Source: Podarcis filfolensis
Taxonomy: Eukaryota
Reading direction: 5' to 3' (one strand)
DNA length: 64,000 nucleotides
NCBI GenBank assembly: GCA_964270895.1
Contig: OZ185437.1
The notes below the pieces were generated by a model that had not been told where the DNA came from, did not search any database, and worked only from the letters and a program-made list of their open reading frames with translations. Positions 13,217 to 24,709 of the stretch are shown here, one piece after another. Numbering within the stretch: the stretch's first letter is position 1; the number at the start of each line of letters is the position of its first letter. The translations under genes were made by a program, and so were the position numbers.

Positions 13217-14890
13217 CTACAGCAAGAGTATAAGACTTACTAAATGTTTATCATTGTAACACAATCTTCAACAAGGAAAAGGAAAATACAAACTCTATTA
13301 AGCTGTTACTGCCTGAACCTGCGTAGGGAGAAGTAGGAACATGCATGCTAGCCTTACCCCCAACCTTGCTACGCTGAATGGGAAGGTTTGACAGGGGATT
13401 AAGTGCATTTGACTGAACTTATATAGAACTGCACTATCAAGGATTGTGGAGAGTATTCTAAATGCATTCATCCGGCACATGGTGCTAGGTTGGGGAACCT
13501 ACACTAGCTTGAGCAATAATGCTTGAACATGGCTACACATGCTTCATTTACAGTGGTGCTGGGCAACAGCAATTAGCAAAACTTCAAAATTCAACTAAAG
13601 ACACACATTGAAAAGAATAAAATAAGCAGAAGGGTTAACAGTAAGAATCAGGTGTCTATTGAAACATGTTCACAAGCAGTATATTTTCAGCAATAGCACT
13701 TGGAGGTTAGCATGAAACCATCACTTTGGGCTCAGTTTCCAGCCCTCAAGAAGGTTTTATATAAACTTCATAAACTGCACCAGCAAACTATATGGCAAAA
13801 TGCATCCCTTAATTCTGTGTATGCTAGCCAATGTAAGATCTGAGAAACTTTTAACAAAGATTTATCACAAATGTCATACACAGCTATTCCCATGATTAAT
13901 TATCAAGAGAAGGAAAACTGAACTGAAAAACTACCTATAACTGAAATTAACGGTGGACAACCAGATTTTCGTATGTGTTTTGTTAAAGCTGCCTAAGAAA
14001 GTGCCTGAGGCTTAATTAGCATCCCTCCTACGACTTCAGATGCTATTGTTTTTTAAACCTTGAACATGCCATTATTTTACAACAAATTACCCTACTGTGC
14101 TTTACATAGTTAGTACACTGAAAAAAGAAATAGCTAGAACATCCAACAACACGAAATAAAATAGACATTTAAAGTATTTTGTTAAAGAGGAATTCTATGT
14201 CACATCCCCTTTCTCCCTTCCCCCTCTCAAAACATTATTCCTTTCCACTCTCTTCCCAAGCCTGCTTATACTTTTATAATCCTCTTCTGTCAAGCATCTG
14301 CAGCCATACTTATCTTCTACATTCTCAGGCTCACCATCTGTTTATTTTTGAAAAGTGTACCCATTTCCTTCATTCCTCAATAGGGAAAATGAATTTCTGA
14401 CATAAGAACTGCTAGGCTCCAATATGCTTTGATTCTACAAGAGCCATCATATTCTATCTATCTATAAGCACATCCACAAAATAATGTAAAACTACTGCAA
14501 TCCTATACACACACACACACACAGGACTAAATCCTTTTGATTTAGTGGGACTTTCTAACGGCATTTACCAATGTTTTTAGAGGTATCAGACAACTTGAAA
14601 ATGAAATACAGAATGACATACAACCAATAGCAATTACAAAATTGAAAAGGCATTTGAACACAAATGGTAAGAGTACAGAAAGGCACAATAACTTGAGGTC
14701 AAACCCAGTGGAACACAGATTTGGAAACATGAATAGACTTTCCTCACAGGTGGCACTTCACAAAGGACTTCCCACTGTTAACCCCAGGAACAGAACCAAG
14801 ATAATAATGGAACTCAGGGTTACAGTACATAAAATAGGGAGAAAAAACAGAGATTGTGGGTGGGTAGAGTTGCTGGATTATACTGGCAAG

Positions 14891-15070
14891 CAGTGGTGTA
14901 GCGTGGGGGGTGCAGGGGGGGCGGGCCGCACCGGGCGCAACATCTGGGGTTAGGGCAAATCCATGGGTTAGGGGGCGCAAATCCATGGGTTAGGGGGCAC
15001 AAATCCACAGGTTAGGGGGCGCAAATTACTTGCCTTGCCCCGGGTGCTGACAACCCACGCTACGCCACTG
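14891..15070. mobile_element. hAT-superfamily MITE with internal 22-bp tandem repeat
   Basis: 17-bp TIR CAGTGG(T/C)GTAGCGTGGG (1 mismatch). Perfect 8-bp TSD ctggcaag at 14883-14890 and 15071-15078. Confidence 0.92.
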
Positions 15071-15369
15071 CTGGCAAGATCTCTCTCACACACACATATG
15101 TATGTGTGTTATGTTACTTCTTTCCCTAGAAAAATGTTTGTGTTTCATCTGTGTCATTCTGAACGTTAACTTTCTCCAGAATTCTGTAAGAGACAGGTGC
15201 TGTATAAAAGACTAGGGTATATTTGCCCAAATTAATCTCACTCTTTGCTGGCTATATTCTGATGTAATTACTCTCAAACCCTGGAGCAGGGACACAGCAG
15301 CCCCCTTTCTCCTGCCAATTCCATAGATCACTCTGAAACCTGGGCACACAAGAACATGGCCTAATGTTG

Positions 15370-15690
15370 ATGAGCTTGTGATGCAGGGACAAGCTTTTTC
15401 ATTGGTGGCACCAGAATTCTGGAATGCACTCCCTGCTGAAATCTATATTGGCATGTCACCAGCTTTTGAAGATGCAACTGTTTACACAAGCATTATCTTG
15501 ATTTCTTGACCTGATTCTCTTGTTTTAATTGCTGTGCTGTTTTAATGTGATTGTTTTATTGCATATTTTAATTATGACATATCTTTAATTATTCTGTACT
15601 TTATCAATGTTGTACATTTGGTTTTAAGTTTTATAAACAACTTACAAACAACTTAGAAGTCATCAGGACCTTAAGCAGTATATCAATTAA
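15370..15690 (+). mobile_element. L2-clade LINE 3' end (similar tails at about 27395-27660, 44300-44450, 59805-60130)
   Basis: gctttttcattggtggcaccagaattctggaatgcactccct... followed by a T-rich ttttaatt/ttgtt tail, the typical L2 3' pattern. Degenerate. Confidence 0.5.
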
Positions 15691-17117
15691 TAACAATAAT
15701 TAAAGACTATATTTCTTACATGGGATATTATATTTCGTACAATCTAGACTGGGCAAAATAAGTTTACTCTCTCTCAGAACAGAGTAACATCACCAGACTG
15801 TCAGGCAGCAAAAAGCATGTATCACTCACTCTTAGTAATAAACAGGGGGAATCACCCATAGCTCCCATCCATCTAGTGTGCTGAACCAAGATGTAGTATA
15901 CATCTAATTTACACCAAACTGCTAAACAGGAAGGAAACAGATAATTATTTATGATTCTGTGGTTTTGTTTTAACCGCAGTGGCACTTTCTCCAGCCACTG
16001 CAGCTTATGGGAATTGCTGCCAGTAATTGCCTGTTTCTCCTTGCAAGTGCCTACATGTCCACATGCAGAAACAGAAATGGGATTCTGCCTTCTCAACAGA
16101 ACTTCACTTTCTCTTCTTCTCTCATGCACCCCTCAAATCTGCTCTGGAGGACAGGGGACCCTCTGGAGCAGATTTCGTGAGGTATGAGGGGGAGAAGGGG
16201 AAGTTCAGTTGTGTGAGCAGAGCAGAAATCAGCTCACATGATATCTATTCTTATATATGGAATGAAAGCTCTGTGAATTTATTATTTCTCTTTGAATATA
16301 TTTCAGTACTTTCTGGAGCAGTGTGGAAACCAGGGGAATTGTCAAGGGGTGATCCACAGGGCTCAAGTGAGAGTATTTTGCACTAGTTCCCAGACTTCTG
16401 ACCCTTTCCCCTTCTTCTAATTATTTTTTTTAAAGCAAACTTTGTTCACAGGGCAGCAGGGCAGGCTGCAGCACTAGTAAAAACTCTTGGGCACCTGCTA
16501 TGTCCCAGGCTTTAGCATCATATTCCCATCTTTAAAATAGACTAATTTTCCTAAATTATCTGCTTTGTACATCCAGTATTTTCCTGCACATCTGGTATTC
16601 TTTTAATCTGGGGTTGCCAGGTGTTATGTGTGGATAGCACTGAGTTTTTAAAACGACATGTAAGCATATGTGTATGTATGAAACAGAGATTAGTTGTTGT
16701 TGTTTGAGCACATAAGTCCCAAGGTATGGTCTGGCCATTAATTTGCTGAAACTAAGCTGGTTAGTGCCTCAGTGGAAAATTGCCTGGAAACCACATTTAT
16801 GCTACCTTGGGCTCTATTACTGAAGGAAGGCAGAACAGGAGAAAAAATACAAGCAAACACCTGCTCTTACCAATAGATTACAGATAGGACAGAGGGCATA
16901 ATACAGTATACATTGCCCAGAAAATCCTCATGACACCACCATAGCTCAGAATAAGCCCTTTCAGCAACCCAGCATTTATTTCCCCCACTTTGAAAGTCTA
17001 TTTAAATTTGCTTCTATGCATATAAATAAGCATATGTTAATTTTATTCAAATTTGTGTCATAGGACTGTGTCCCAAGTCCTTTAACTACCTATCAACACA
17101 CCTGGCAGAAACCCTAC

Positions 17118-17251
17118 CTCACTTGTTCTGAACACTACACGGTAGTTGAACTGTGAACCTTCTTTCTCTTTTGCATCTTCAAACTTCTCCCTTCTGATGC
17201 TGACTGCTACTGGTCCTAAATTTTCATCTGTTCCAAAGTAGTTTTGATGCT
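17118..17251 (-). CDS. SIPA1L2: SIPA1L2 coding exon 2 (134 nt)
   Basis: Acceptor ...tacaacag| and donor GAG|GTAGGG. Encodes (E)[44 protein letters not shown], in phase with both flanking exons. Missed by the ORF track. Confidence 0.96.
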
Positions 17252-18264
17252 CTGTTGTACATAAAGAGGAGAAGACAATAATGAAATATTAGACTGACAA
17301 ATTCCTGTTTGTTTGTCAGATAAATGTTACTGGTTGAGATTGGAAAGTCCCTCAGTCCTATTTGTTTACACTTTTATTATGTCTTATGTGCAGGCAGGAC
17401 AACGAACCTAAAAGCATAATAAGTGTATTGCAAGTTAGGACATCTGTTCAGCATAGATCTGTATTGTAGCTGAAAACTGTCAGCCATTTAAAAAAAATCA
17501 AATAACTAAAATATTTTTTCATACACACTAGTTTATGACCCATTCTGCAGCATATGGGATGCCAGAGCAATACTTTGTTAGAAATTAGTCTTGTATATTT
17601 TGGCACACATGAAATTATGGCAATCCACAGATCAGGTTCTCTTAAAACAAGATTTCCCCACCTTACAAATGAGGCAACTGTAATTTCAACTATATTAGAA
17701 GTAAATTAACTCTCTTTTACAGGAAAACTCACATTTCTAAATACACACACAAAGTACAATCCAACCTAAGTTAATAATATTTAAACCCTATTGATTTAAA
17801 GTGGGTGGTAGGGAACTTCCAAACTGTGTGCCAAACTATAATTAAGATTAATAATTAATTATAATTATAATTAATAATTAAAATTTCCCCATCTGGCCCA
17901 CTAGCTCCTGACAGTTCCTTTGCTGGAACAAGGCATGCTCCCAATCATCTAGCATGTGATGGTAAGGAGGAGTGTGCCTTGCTCAAAGAGGAAGAAGCAG
18001 TTTCCATCCAATGAAAGTCAACTCTTCCTACCAGCACTGCTCTTTGAAGCTGCCCCATGTTGTTCCTTTCCACCTCACACATCAGGGGTGGAAAGATGCA
18101 GCAAAGAGAGGCTTGCAAAGCAGAGAGCTGGCAACACTGCTTGCACTGTAGTTCCCAAGCTTGGGAACACCAAGCAAGGGATTCGGACAGGTAGGTGGGA
18201 CAATCCACTCATCAGTCTTCTGATGTCATAATACTGACATGTGATTGGCAGGTGAGTTGCCCTG

Positions 18265-18460
18265 ATGGATCATGCCTGTGGCCCATCTAGTCCAGCAGCT
18301 TGTTCTCACAGTGGCCAACGAGGTACCCATTGATAGCCTGAAAACAAGAGCTGAGCACAACAGAACTCTGCCCTGCCCCCTGAGGTTTCCAGCAACTGGT
18401 ATTCAGAAGCATACTGCCTATGGCCGTGGACACAGAGCAAGAAAGAAATTCAAGCACATC
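18265..18460 (-). mobile_element. CR1-type LINE 3' fragment
   Basis: ggcccatctagtccagcagcttgttctcacagtggccaac...tccagcaactggtattcagaagcatactgcct matches the recalled reverse-strand 3' end of a squamate CR1 subfamily. Confidence 0.6.
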
Positions 18461-18894
18461 ATTAATAGCCTCACTGAGGTCAGTGGTATTTAAATGTCCT
18501 TAACTATGGCTGGATTGTGTTTGCAATATTTATTTAGAAAGGAAACCAAACTTCCCTTCTTCCCCAGAAGCAGAAGTTTGGTGCAGTGGGGCAACCTGGA
18601 GCTGGGGAAGAGCTTAGAGCCAATGCCCAACTCAGACATTTAGAGGACAAAAAGAGAGAGCACCACAACAGCAGAATGATGCTGGTTTCTCTCTAGGCAC
18701 TGGCCATTGGAAGGATGACAAAGCTGGTGAAGGGACACTTCTGCCCAGTCCTATCCACCCACCCCCATCTGATGCCAAGTGGGGGTTTGATGCAAATTAT
18801 TAAATATATTCTGTGTCAAAAGACATTTTATTGCTATCCAATGTTCCTTTGATATTGATATTTTTAGACGCAAGTGTTTTAGTAACTAAGTTGT

Positions 18895-19030
18895 TATTCA
18901 GCACCTTACGGCACTAGAAAGGCTAAAAAATGTATTATGGCATAAGCTTTTGTGGACTATAGTCTTCTTCATCAGATGCATGAAGTGTTTCCCTGAGCTG
19001 CGGGTATATATACAACTCAGCAAAACACAT
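18895..19030 (-). mobile_element. Degraded Penelope-like pLTR fragment with decayed hammerhead motif
   Basis: Same layout as the 52590 element (gcacctta ... aagcttt ... cttcatcagatgc). Minus strand reads GCAU CUGAUGA A GAAGAC UAUA GUCCAC AAAA GCUU AUGC. Confidence 0.6.
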
Positions 19031-19131
19031 CACAAATTTGATGAAGGGGGGTATCTGTTTTTCTTGAATAGTAGCCAAACAAGTCATACAAGCACCTTGC
19101 CTTTAAAACTGAGAAAGTGCCAAGAACTGTA

Positions 19132-19365
19132 CAGTGGTACCTCGGGTTAAGTACTTAATTCGTTCTGGAGGTCTGTTCTTAACCTGAAACTGTTCTTAAC
19201 CTGAAGCACCACTTTAGCTAATGGGGCCTCCCGCTGCTGCCGGAGCACGATTTCTGTTCTCATCCTGAAGCAAAGTTCTTAACTCGAGGTACTATTTCTG
19301 GGTTAGCGGAGTCTGTAACCTGAAGCCTATGTAATCTGAAGCGTATGTAATCTGAGGTACCACTG
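19132..19365. mobile_element. Tc1/mariner (Tigger/pogo-like) MITE, 234 bp
   Basis: TIR CAGTGGTACCTC...GAGGTACCACTG (12 bp perfect, 18 bp with 2 mismatches), flanked by TA on both sides. Confidence 0.92.
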
Positions 19366-21168
19366 TACTGATATGGCATTCAAAGGAGAAAGAAGTGAAA
19401 CATTCCACTGGACTACGGCAAGCCCCTTGCATCAACCTTCATAGCTCTTTGAAACCAAGGCTTAGTTCTCTACACACAGGGCTCCTTACAACTCATATTT
19501 ATCATCATAGTAATGCCATTAATAAGGTGAGCCTGAGTAGCATCTAGCCTTCTGGCTAAACAGAAGTCTTATTTGCATCTTCCAAGCCCCCTCAAAATAT
19601 GGTCAAAACCTATGTGTATTCAAAACTAGCTAACACCCTTTTAAGTTTGATGAGAAGGGTAGGAGATGTTGAGTTCTAATCCTTCCTGCAACCTATTTTT
19701 CCTACTCTGATTGAATGACTGAGGGAGGACACTGAGACTTTTGGGTGAGACAGAACAAGGGATGCAAATCCTCCCACTCCCTCAAACCCTACATGCAGTC
19801 AGAATGGGAGCTCTACATTGCCTAGAGACTCCTAAAATATATTCCTGGGATAGGACTAAAGAGAAGGGAAGAAGAAGCTGTTCGGAGGAGGGGGGGTTGA
19901 ATATTGTTTCCCCTATTAGACTCCTCATGGTAGAAGTTAGGATACCCACTGTCTCCAGGTTTTGCCCACTTTATTTTTTTCTTACACAAAGTGAATAGCT
20001 GCTATTCACTTATATGGAAGTAAGAGATGACATACATGGATGAGCACAGTTCTTAAGAGGCTAGTTAAACTGACAGTGCAGTAAATGTCATTGTGACTAT
20101 TTTCATAGACTAGTCAAATGTGTTTTAACTGACATTTCATAACTGACAAGTCTGTATACATAGTTTCTATTAAAATAGTAGGTTTTAGTTTACACAGATT
20201 ATATTCCAAAACAATTTTTTTTAAAAAAATTAAGTCGCAATGGGTCTAAAATAAAGAATTCCCACATTTTTGGAAGGTGGACAGACAGAATTTTCTTTTT
20301 GCCAAATCTGACTATTTATACACATGCAAGTCCCCAAATCAAGCAATTATTTGTTTAATAACAAATAATCTGAATATATTGTCCTTCTAGCTTTGCCTTC
20401 ACTGGCAGTAGGACTGGGAAATTTCATCCCCATTTCTTCTTTGAACTTACCGATACCTCAAGAGTACTCACAGAACCTTACTTTTTCATTTTTTGAATTT
20501 TAAATATTTTCCTCTACTTACTGTTTTATATTTTCCATTTTGAATTGTTGCTTTTAGCTTATGATTGCACATTTTAATTAAATATTTTATTTTGAAATTT
20601 TGATAGCTGTCATGGAAACCTACTTGAAGCATGGGGCAAAGATGGCTAAAACTAATAAAAGGTATTTACTAGTTACTTTACAGTCTTGCTTGAGTACCTT
20701 TCTCAAACCTGTCCTCCTTTGATGAGTCCTAACTGATACATCATTTTCTGGTGCATTCCTTCTGTCCTTCAGAGTTCACACAGCTCAAATTCTCTTAGGC
20801 TGTGAGTAAATGCCATTGAACTCAAAGGGACTTACTTCTAGAAAACATTAAATAATCCTGCTGTTATTCCTTCAGCTATTTCCAAACCCTCCTGTGCTTT
20901 TAGTGTACTGTCTACCTGGCTGTACTACTTGGGCCTTCAAGGTTCAAAATAGCTTCAGTTTTCTGTGAGAGGCTTATAGCATTGTATCTTGTCTGGTCCA
21001 GAGGGACCCTAGAAGCTTTCAATCTCCCATGGGGTTTCTGTCTACATTCTGTTGTCCATCACAGAGGAAGATGGATTATGTTCTTAATGTATTTCACCTA
21101 ACACCACATACCCTGAATAAGAATCAACATTAAAAGTTATTTCATAGTCCATACATACCATACAGACA

Positions 21169-21519
21169 GAGATGCAGGTGGCGCTGTAGGTTAAACCACA
21201 GAGCCTAGGACTTGCCGATCAGAAGGTCGGCAGTTCAAATCCCCGTGACGGGGTGAGCTCCCTTTGCTTGGTCCCAGCTCCTGCCAACCTAGCAGTTCGA
21301 AAGCACGTCAAAGTGCAAGTAGATAAATAGGTACCGCTCCGGCGGGAAGGTAAACAGTGTTTCCGTGCGCTGCTCTGGTTCGCCAGAAGTGGCTTAGTCA
21401 TGCTGGCCACGTGACCCAGAGCTGTATGCCGGCTCCCTCAGCCAATAAAGCGAGATGAGCGCCACAATCCCAGAGTCTGCCATGACTGGACCTAATGGTC
21501 AGGGGTCCCTTTACCTTTT
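21169..21519 (+). mobile_element. Sauria SINE, full length
   Basis: tRNA-like head (gtggcgctgtagg ... gttcaaatcc), body, and ggggtccctttacctt tail. 17-bp TSD tacataccataca(g/a)aca at 21152-21168 and 21520-21536. Confidence 0.92.
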
Positions 21520-23017
21520 TACATACCATACAAACATTTAATAATAAATAAAAATATCTGCTTCCACTTAAAGCTAGGTAGAGGCAGGTATTTATTATAT
21601 ACCTAAATTTTACCACACTTTAAAACCCAGATTTTGTCCAATTCTCAAAGCAGTAGCCCCCTAATACATATTTTAGACAATTACAATTCTTAATTGTAGC
21701 TTTTGTAAATATGAAACTAGTAAGAACGGCGCCTAAACTTTGAGAAAATAGTTTGAATATTTTTATAAATATGCTCAGAAACAAAGAAACAGCATGTGTA
21801 TGCAGATGCACAACATACTACTGAATGACTCTTAACAACAAGAATACACTCAGGAGAATACGGTACACTCATTGTACCAAAACTAGATGGAAGATGGTCA
21901 AATGCATTGAACGCTTTATACCAAATATGGTTTAATGCTTTTTTTTTTTTACCCAAAAGCAATTCCTCGAAGGGCCACATGCCAGTGGTTGACATGGCCA
22001 ATGCATGTCAATGTGCACACACGTACACATACAGCACACTCAGACCCTCCCTGCCCCCGTACACACATTCCTTAGATATGTGGGCACACAGCCCAAAAAC
22101 ATGCTCTCACAAAATACACAGGGACAGATATGCACGTGCACACATTTTAACCCTCTCCACTCAAATGCTGGGGTAGGTGGAAATGTTGCCATTTATTCTT
22201 AAAGAGCAGGTACCAGACTCTTTCTCTGCTCTTGAGTGTTCTGCTGCTTAGCACCAAGACTGAAGATAAAATCTCTCTCCCTCCCCTTTAGAAAAAATCT
22301 TTAGAGAAGAGTTAGTTCTTTAAAGAGTAGATAGAGCTCTATCTCCTGATCAGATTGAGAGATAAAGTTGGAGGTGCTGGCACTACTTCCTGTGCCTTGG
22401 TGGGCCAGATCCAGACCATGCGTTAAACACACTTTATAAAGTTAAAACGCGGCATTTTGAGTATTTTTAAATGTATCTGTAGCAATATTAAACCCTTGTT
22501 TGCACTAAGTATAGAGTTTAAAACTCATCACATCACCCTCACATGTATTAGGTGCTTATGAAATTAGCTGGTTTATTTGTATAAAATACTAGTTAGAGAA
22601 TAAGAGCCTATCACTTATGGCATTTTGATGGAAGACAGTTTTTTGTACTTGTAAACAATGATGCTGCAACCTCTGACAGTGTGATACTCTCCTAAAGAAT
22701 ATTTCTCACAGTCCTAACTCCTTTAATCTTGTAGTTCAGAATAGGAGACCAGATTATGGTTTTCATTAAAGATGTCAAAGCATATGTAAGAATATGACAA
22801 AGTCAAAGAAACACAACCCCAATCATTAATATTAAATCAGTACGTTGGGGCTTTCAATGCTTTAAGGATGGCCATAATGATGCCCTCCAAGACACACATT
22901 AAAAAAGCAGAGCTTCATTTTACATTAGATATTTTCACATCTCACAACACTACCCACAAGTTCAGCAAATGTTCTGAAACCTTTGGGAGCAAGAGATTCC
23001 AGAAAAAAATTGCTTAC

Positions 23018-24476
23018 CTTTTCCATAGAAAAATTTTCTATAGTAATATGCACCAAGATCAATGTGTTCGATGATATAACGTTTCACTTTCTCCCTGTGG
23101 ATTGGTTGATTCTCCCTGGGTACTTCCAGCACCGAAACACCGGCATTCGTGCAATGTGAACTTAGTGAAGACTCAAAAGAACAACTATCTCCTGCACAAA
23201 AAGAGGCTGAGTTTGCCCTAGAGAGTGCAATCCGCCTATCACCTTCCCCACCAGTTTCATTCCTGAAATAAGGACAGCTCAATACTAGGTCATTACTTTT
23301 CCCATCACCTTCATCAGCATCTAAGTTCTCTTTTGAATTGAGATCCTCTTTACTCCCCATAGGAGATTCACAGCTTCCAAGCTGTCCGGCTACTGTTGAA
23401 GTTTGTGATGCAGCAGATGCCCCAGTGGTTATATTTTTTCTTTTCCCCACATTAATTCTGGTAACCATTGCTTCATTAATGTTAAACAGAATGCTCTGGA
23501 CATCATAATGTGCAAAACACTTCTGACAATTCCAAGGATGAACATTTTTATCAAGTCTACTTTCTTCTAGTTCAGATGAGAATTTAAGAGTTTCATGTTC
23601 ACTTTTAGCAGTCCGCAATTTTCTAAAGAGTGACGTTTCTACAGATTCTGACTTCAATCTCCATTTGAAAGATTTGTCCCGGTCTCTGCCAATTAGCAGG
23701 GCACTATCCATGTAGTCAAGTCCAGAAATTCTTACAAATTCTCCTCTGGATATCTGTGCTGCAGCATGGAGACTTGGAGAAATTGTGGGATCACAGTGAA
23801 AAAATTCAGGAAATCCAAATGGCATGTGTGTTTTATGCTCAAAGTTTTCCACCCTGTAGCCTCGAAGCATTGCAAAAAAATTCTCACCAGATAAACCTTG
23901 TCTGTCAATTGATGAAGTGCTTCCATATTCCCTATGGAGAGATGCTCCTGTATTTGGATTAACAGCATTCTGGTCTAGTACATCCTCTGTGTCAATGTCA
24001 CTGATTGTAACATCACTGTTGCTTCTTTGTCTTATAGGGTGAAGCCCTCTGTGTGGTGAATGGAGAAAAATGTCTCCTAATGCATACTTTGCCTCTGCAA
24101 ATTCTATATCAAGGGGTTCTTTTTGCTGCCCCTCATTCTGGTCACCATTTGCTGACCCAGCACCGTCATAACTAACTTGAGGTCTACTTTCCCATGTAGC
24201 TTTGCTTAATTCCTTGGTACAATCTTTCTTAGGAGGCCATTCAGATACTCTGGCTCGTACACCCATCTTAGGCATAGCTGGGGTACCATTGGCTGGGTTG
24301 CTGCTTTCACCTTTGTTGGTTGCGCTTAAAGAAGAAGGGGGGCCCATATTACCATTTAGAGCCTTAAATTTTCTTGCAAAATAGTCATCAGACTGCATAA
24401 TTCTTGCTGATTCCTTAAACTTTAAGGAAGTTCTGCTGGATTTGTGTTTTTCTTCCTGTGATGTGTGATCACTCAT
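23018..24476 (-). CDS. SIPA1L2: SIPA1L2 first coding exon (N-terminal region, 486 codons + 1 nt)
   Basis: Translation MSDHTSQEEKHK...MQSDDYFARKFK...PKMGVRARVSEWPPKK...RQRSNSDVTIS...HREYGSTSSID...EHIDLGAYYYRKFFYGK matches the recalled SIPA1L2 N-terminus. True ATG is at 24476-24474 (the ORF track starts 2 codons earlier at TTG). Donor AAG|GTAAGC follows 23018 (phase 1). Confidence 0.97.
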
Positions 24477-24709
24477 ATCCAAGCAATGAGAAGGGAATGC
24501 AAAGCCTTATCTTCAAGAGCAGTGCTGTTGGCCTGACATTTCCATTATTTATGAAGTGAGGTAAGAAAGAGTTACAGTGTCTGTGTGTATCAAAAGATCT
24601 TTCAGGTTGCCATTCCAGAAGGTAGTTCAGTAGGACTCATTTCTGGGCCTGCATTTTATAACTTCGGATCAAGATCAAGTTGATAGCAATTCACTTTTAC
24701 TCCACATAC
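24477..24709 (-). other. SIPA1L2: 5'UTR portion of the first coding exon of SIPA1L2
   Basis: Polypyrimidine tract and acceptor atttcttcttcccttttggttgacag| at 24710-24711, 233 nt upstream of the ATG. Contains four uORFs. Confidence 0.75.
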
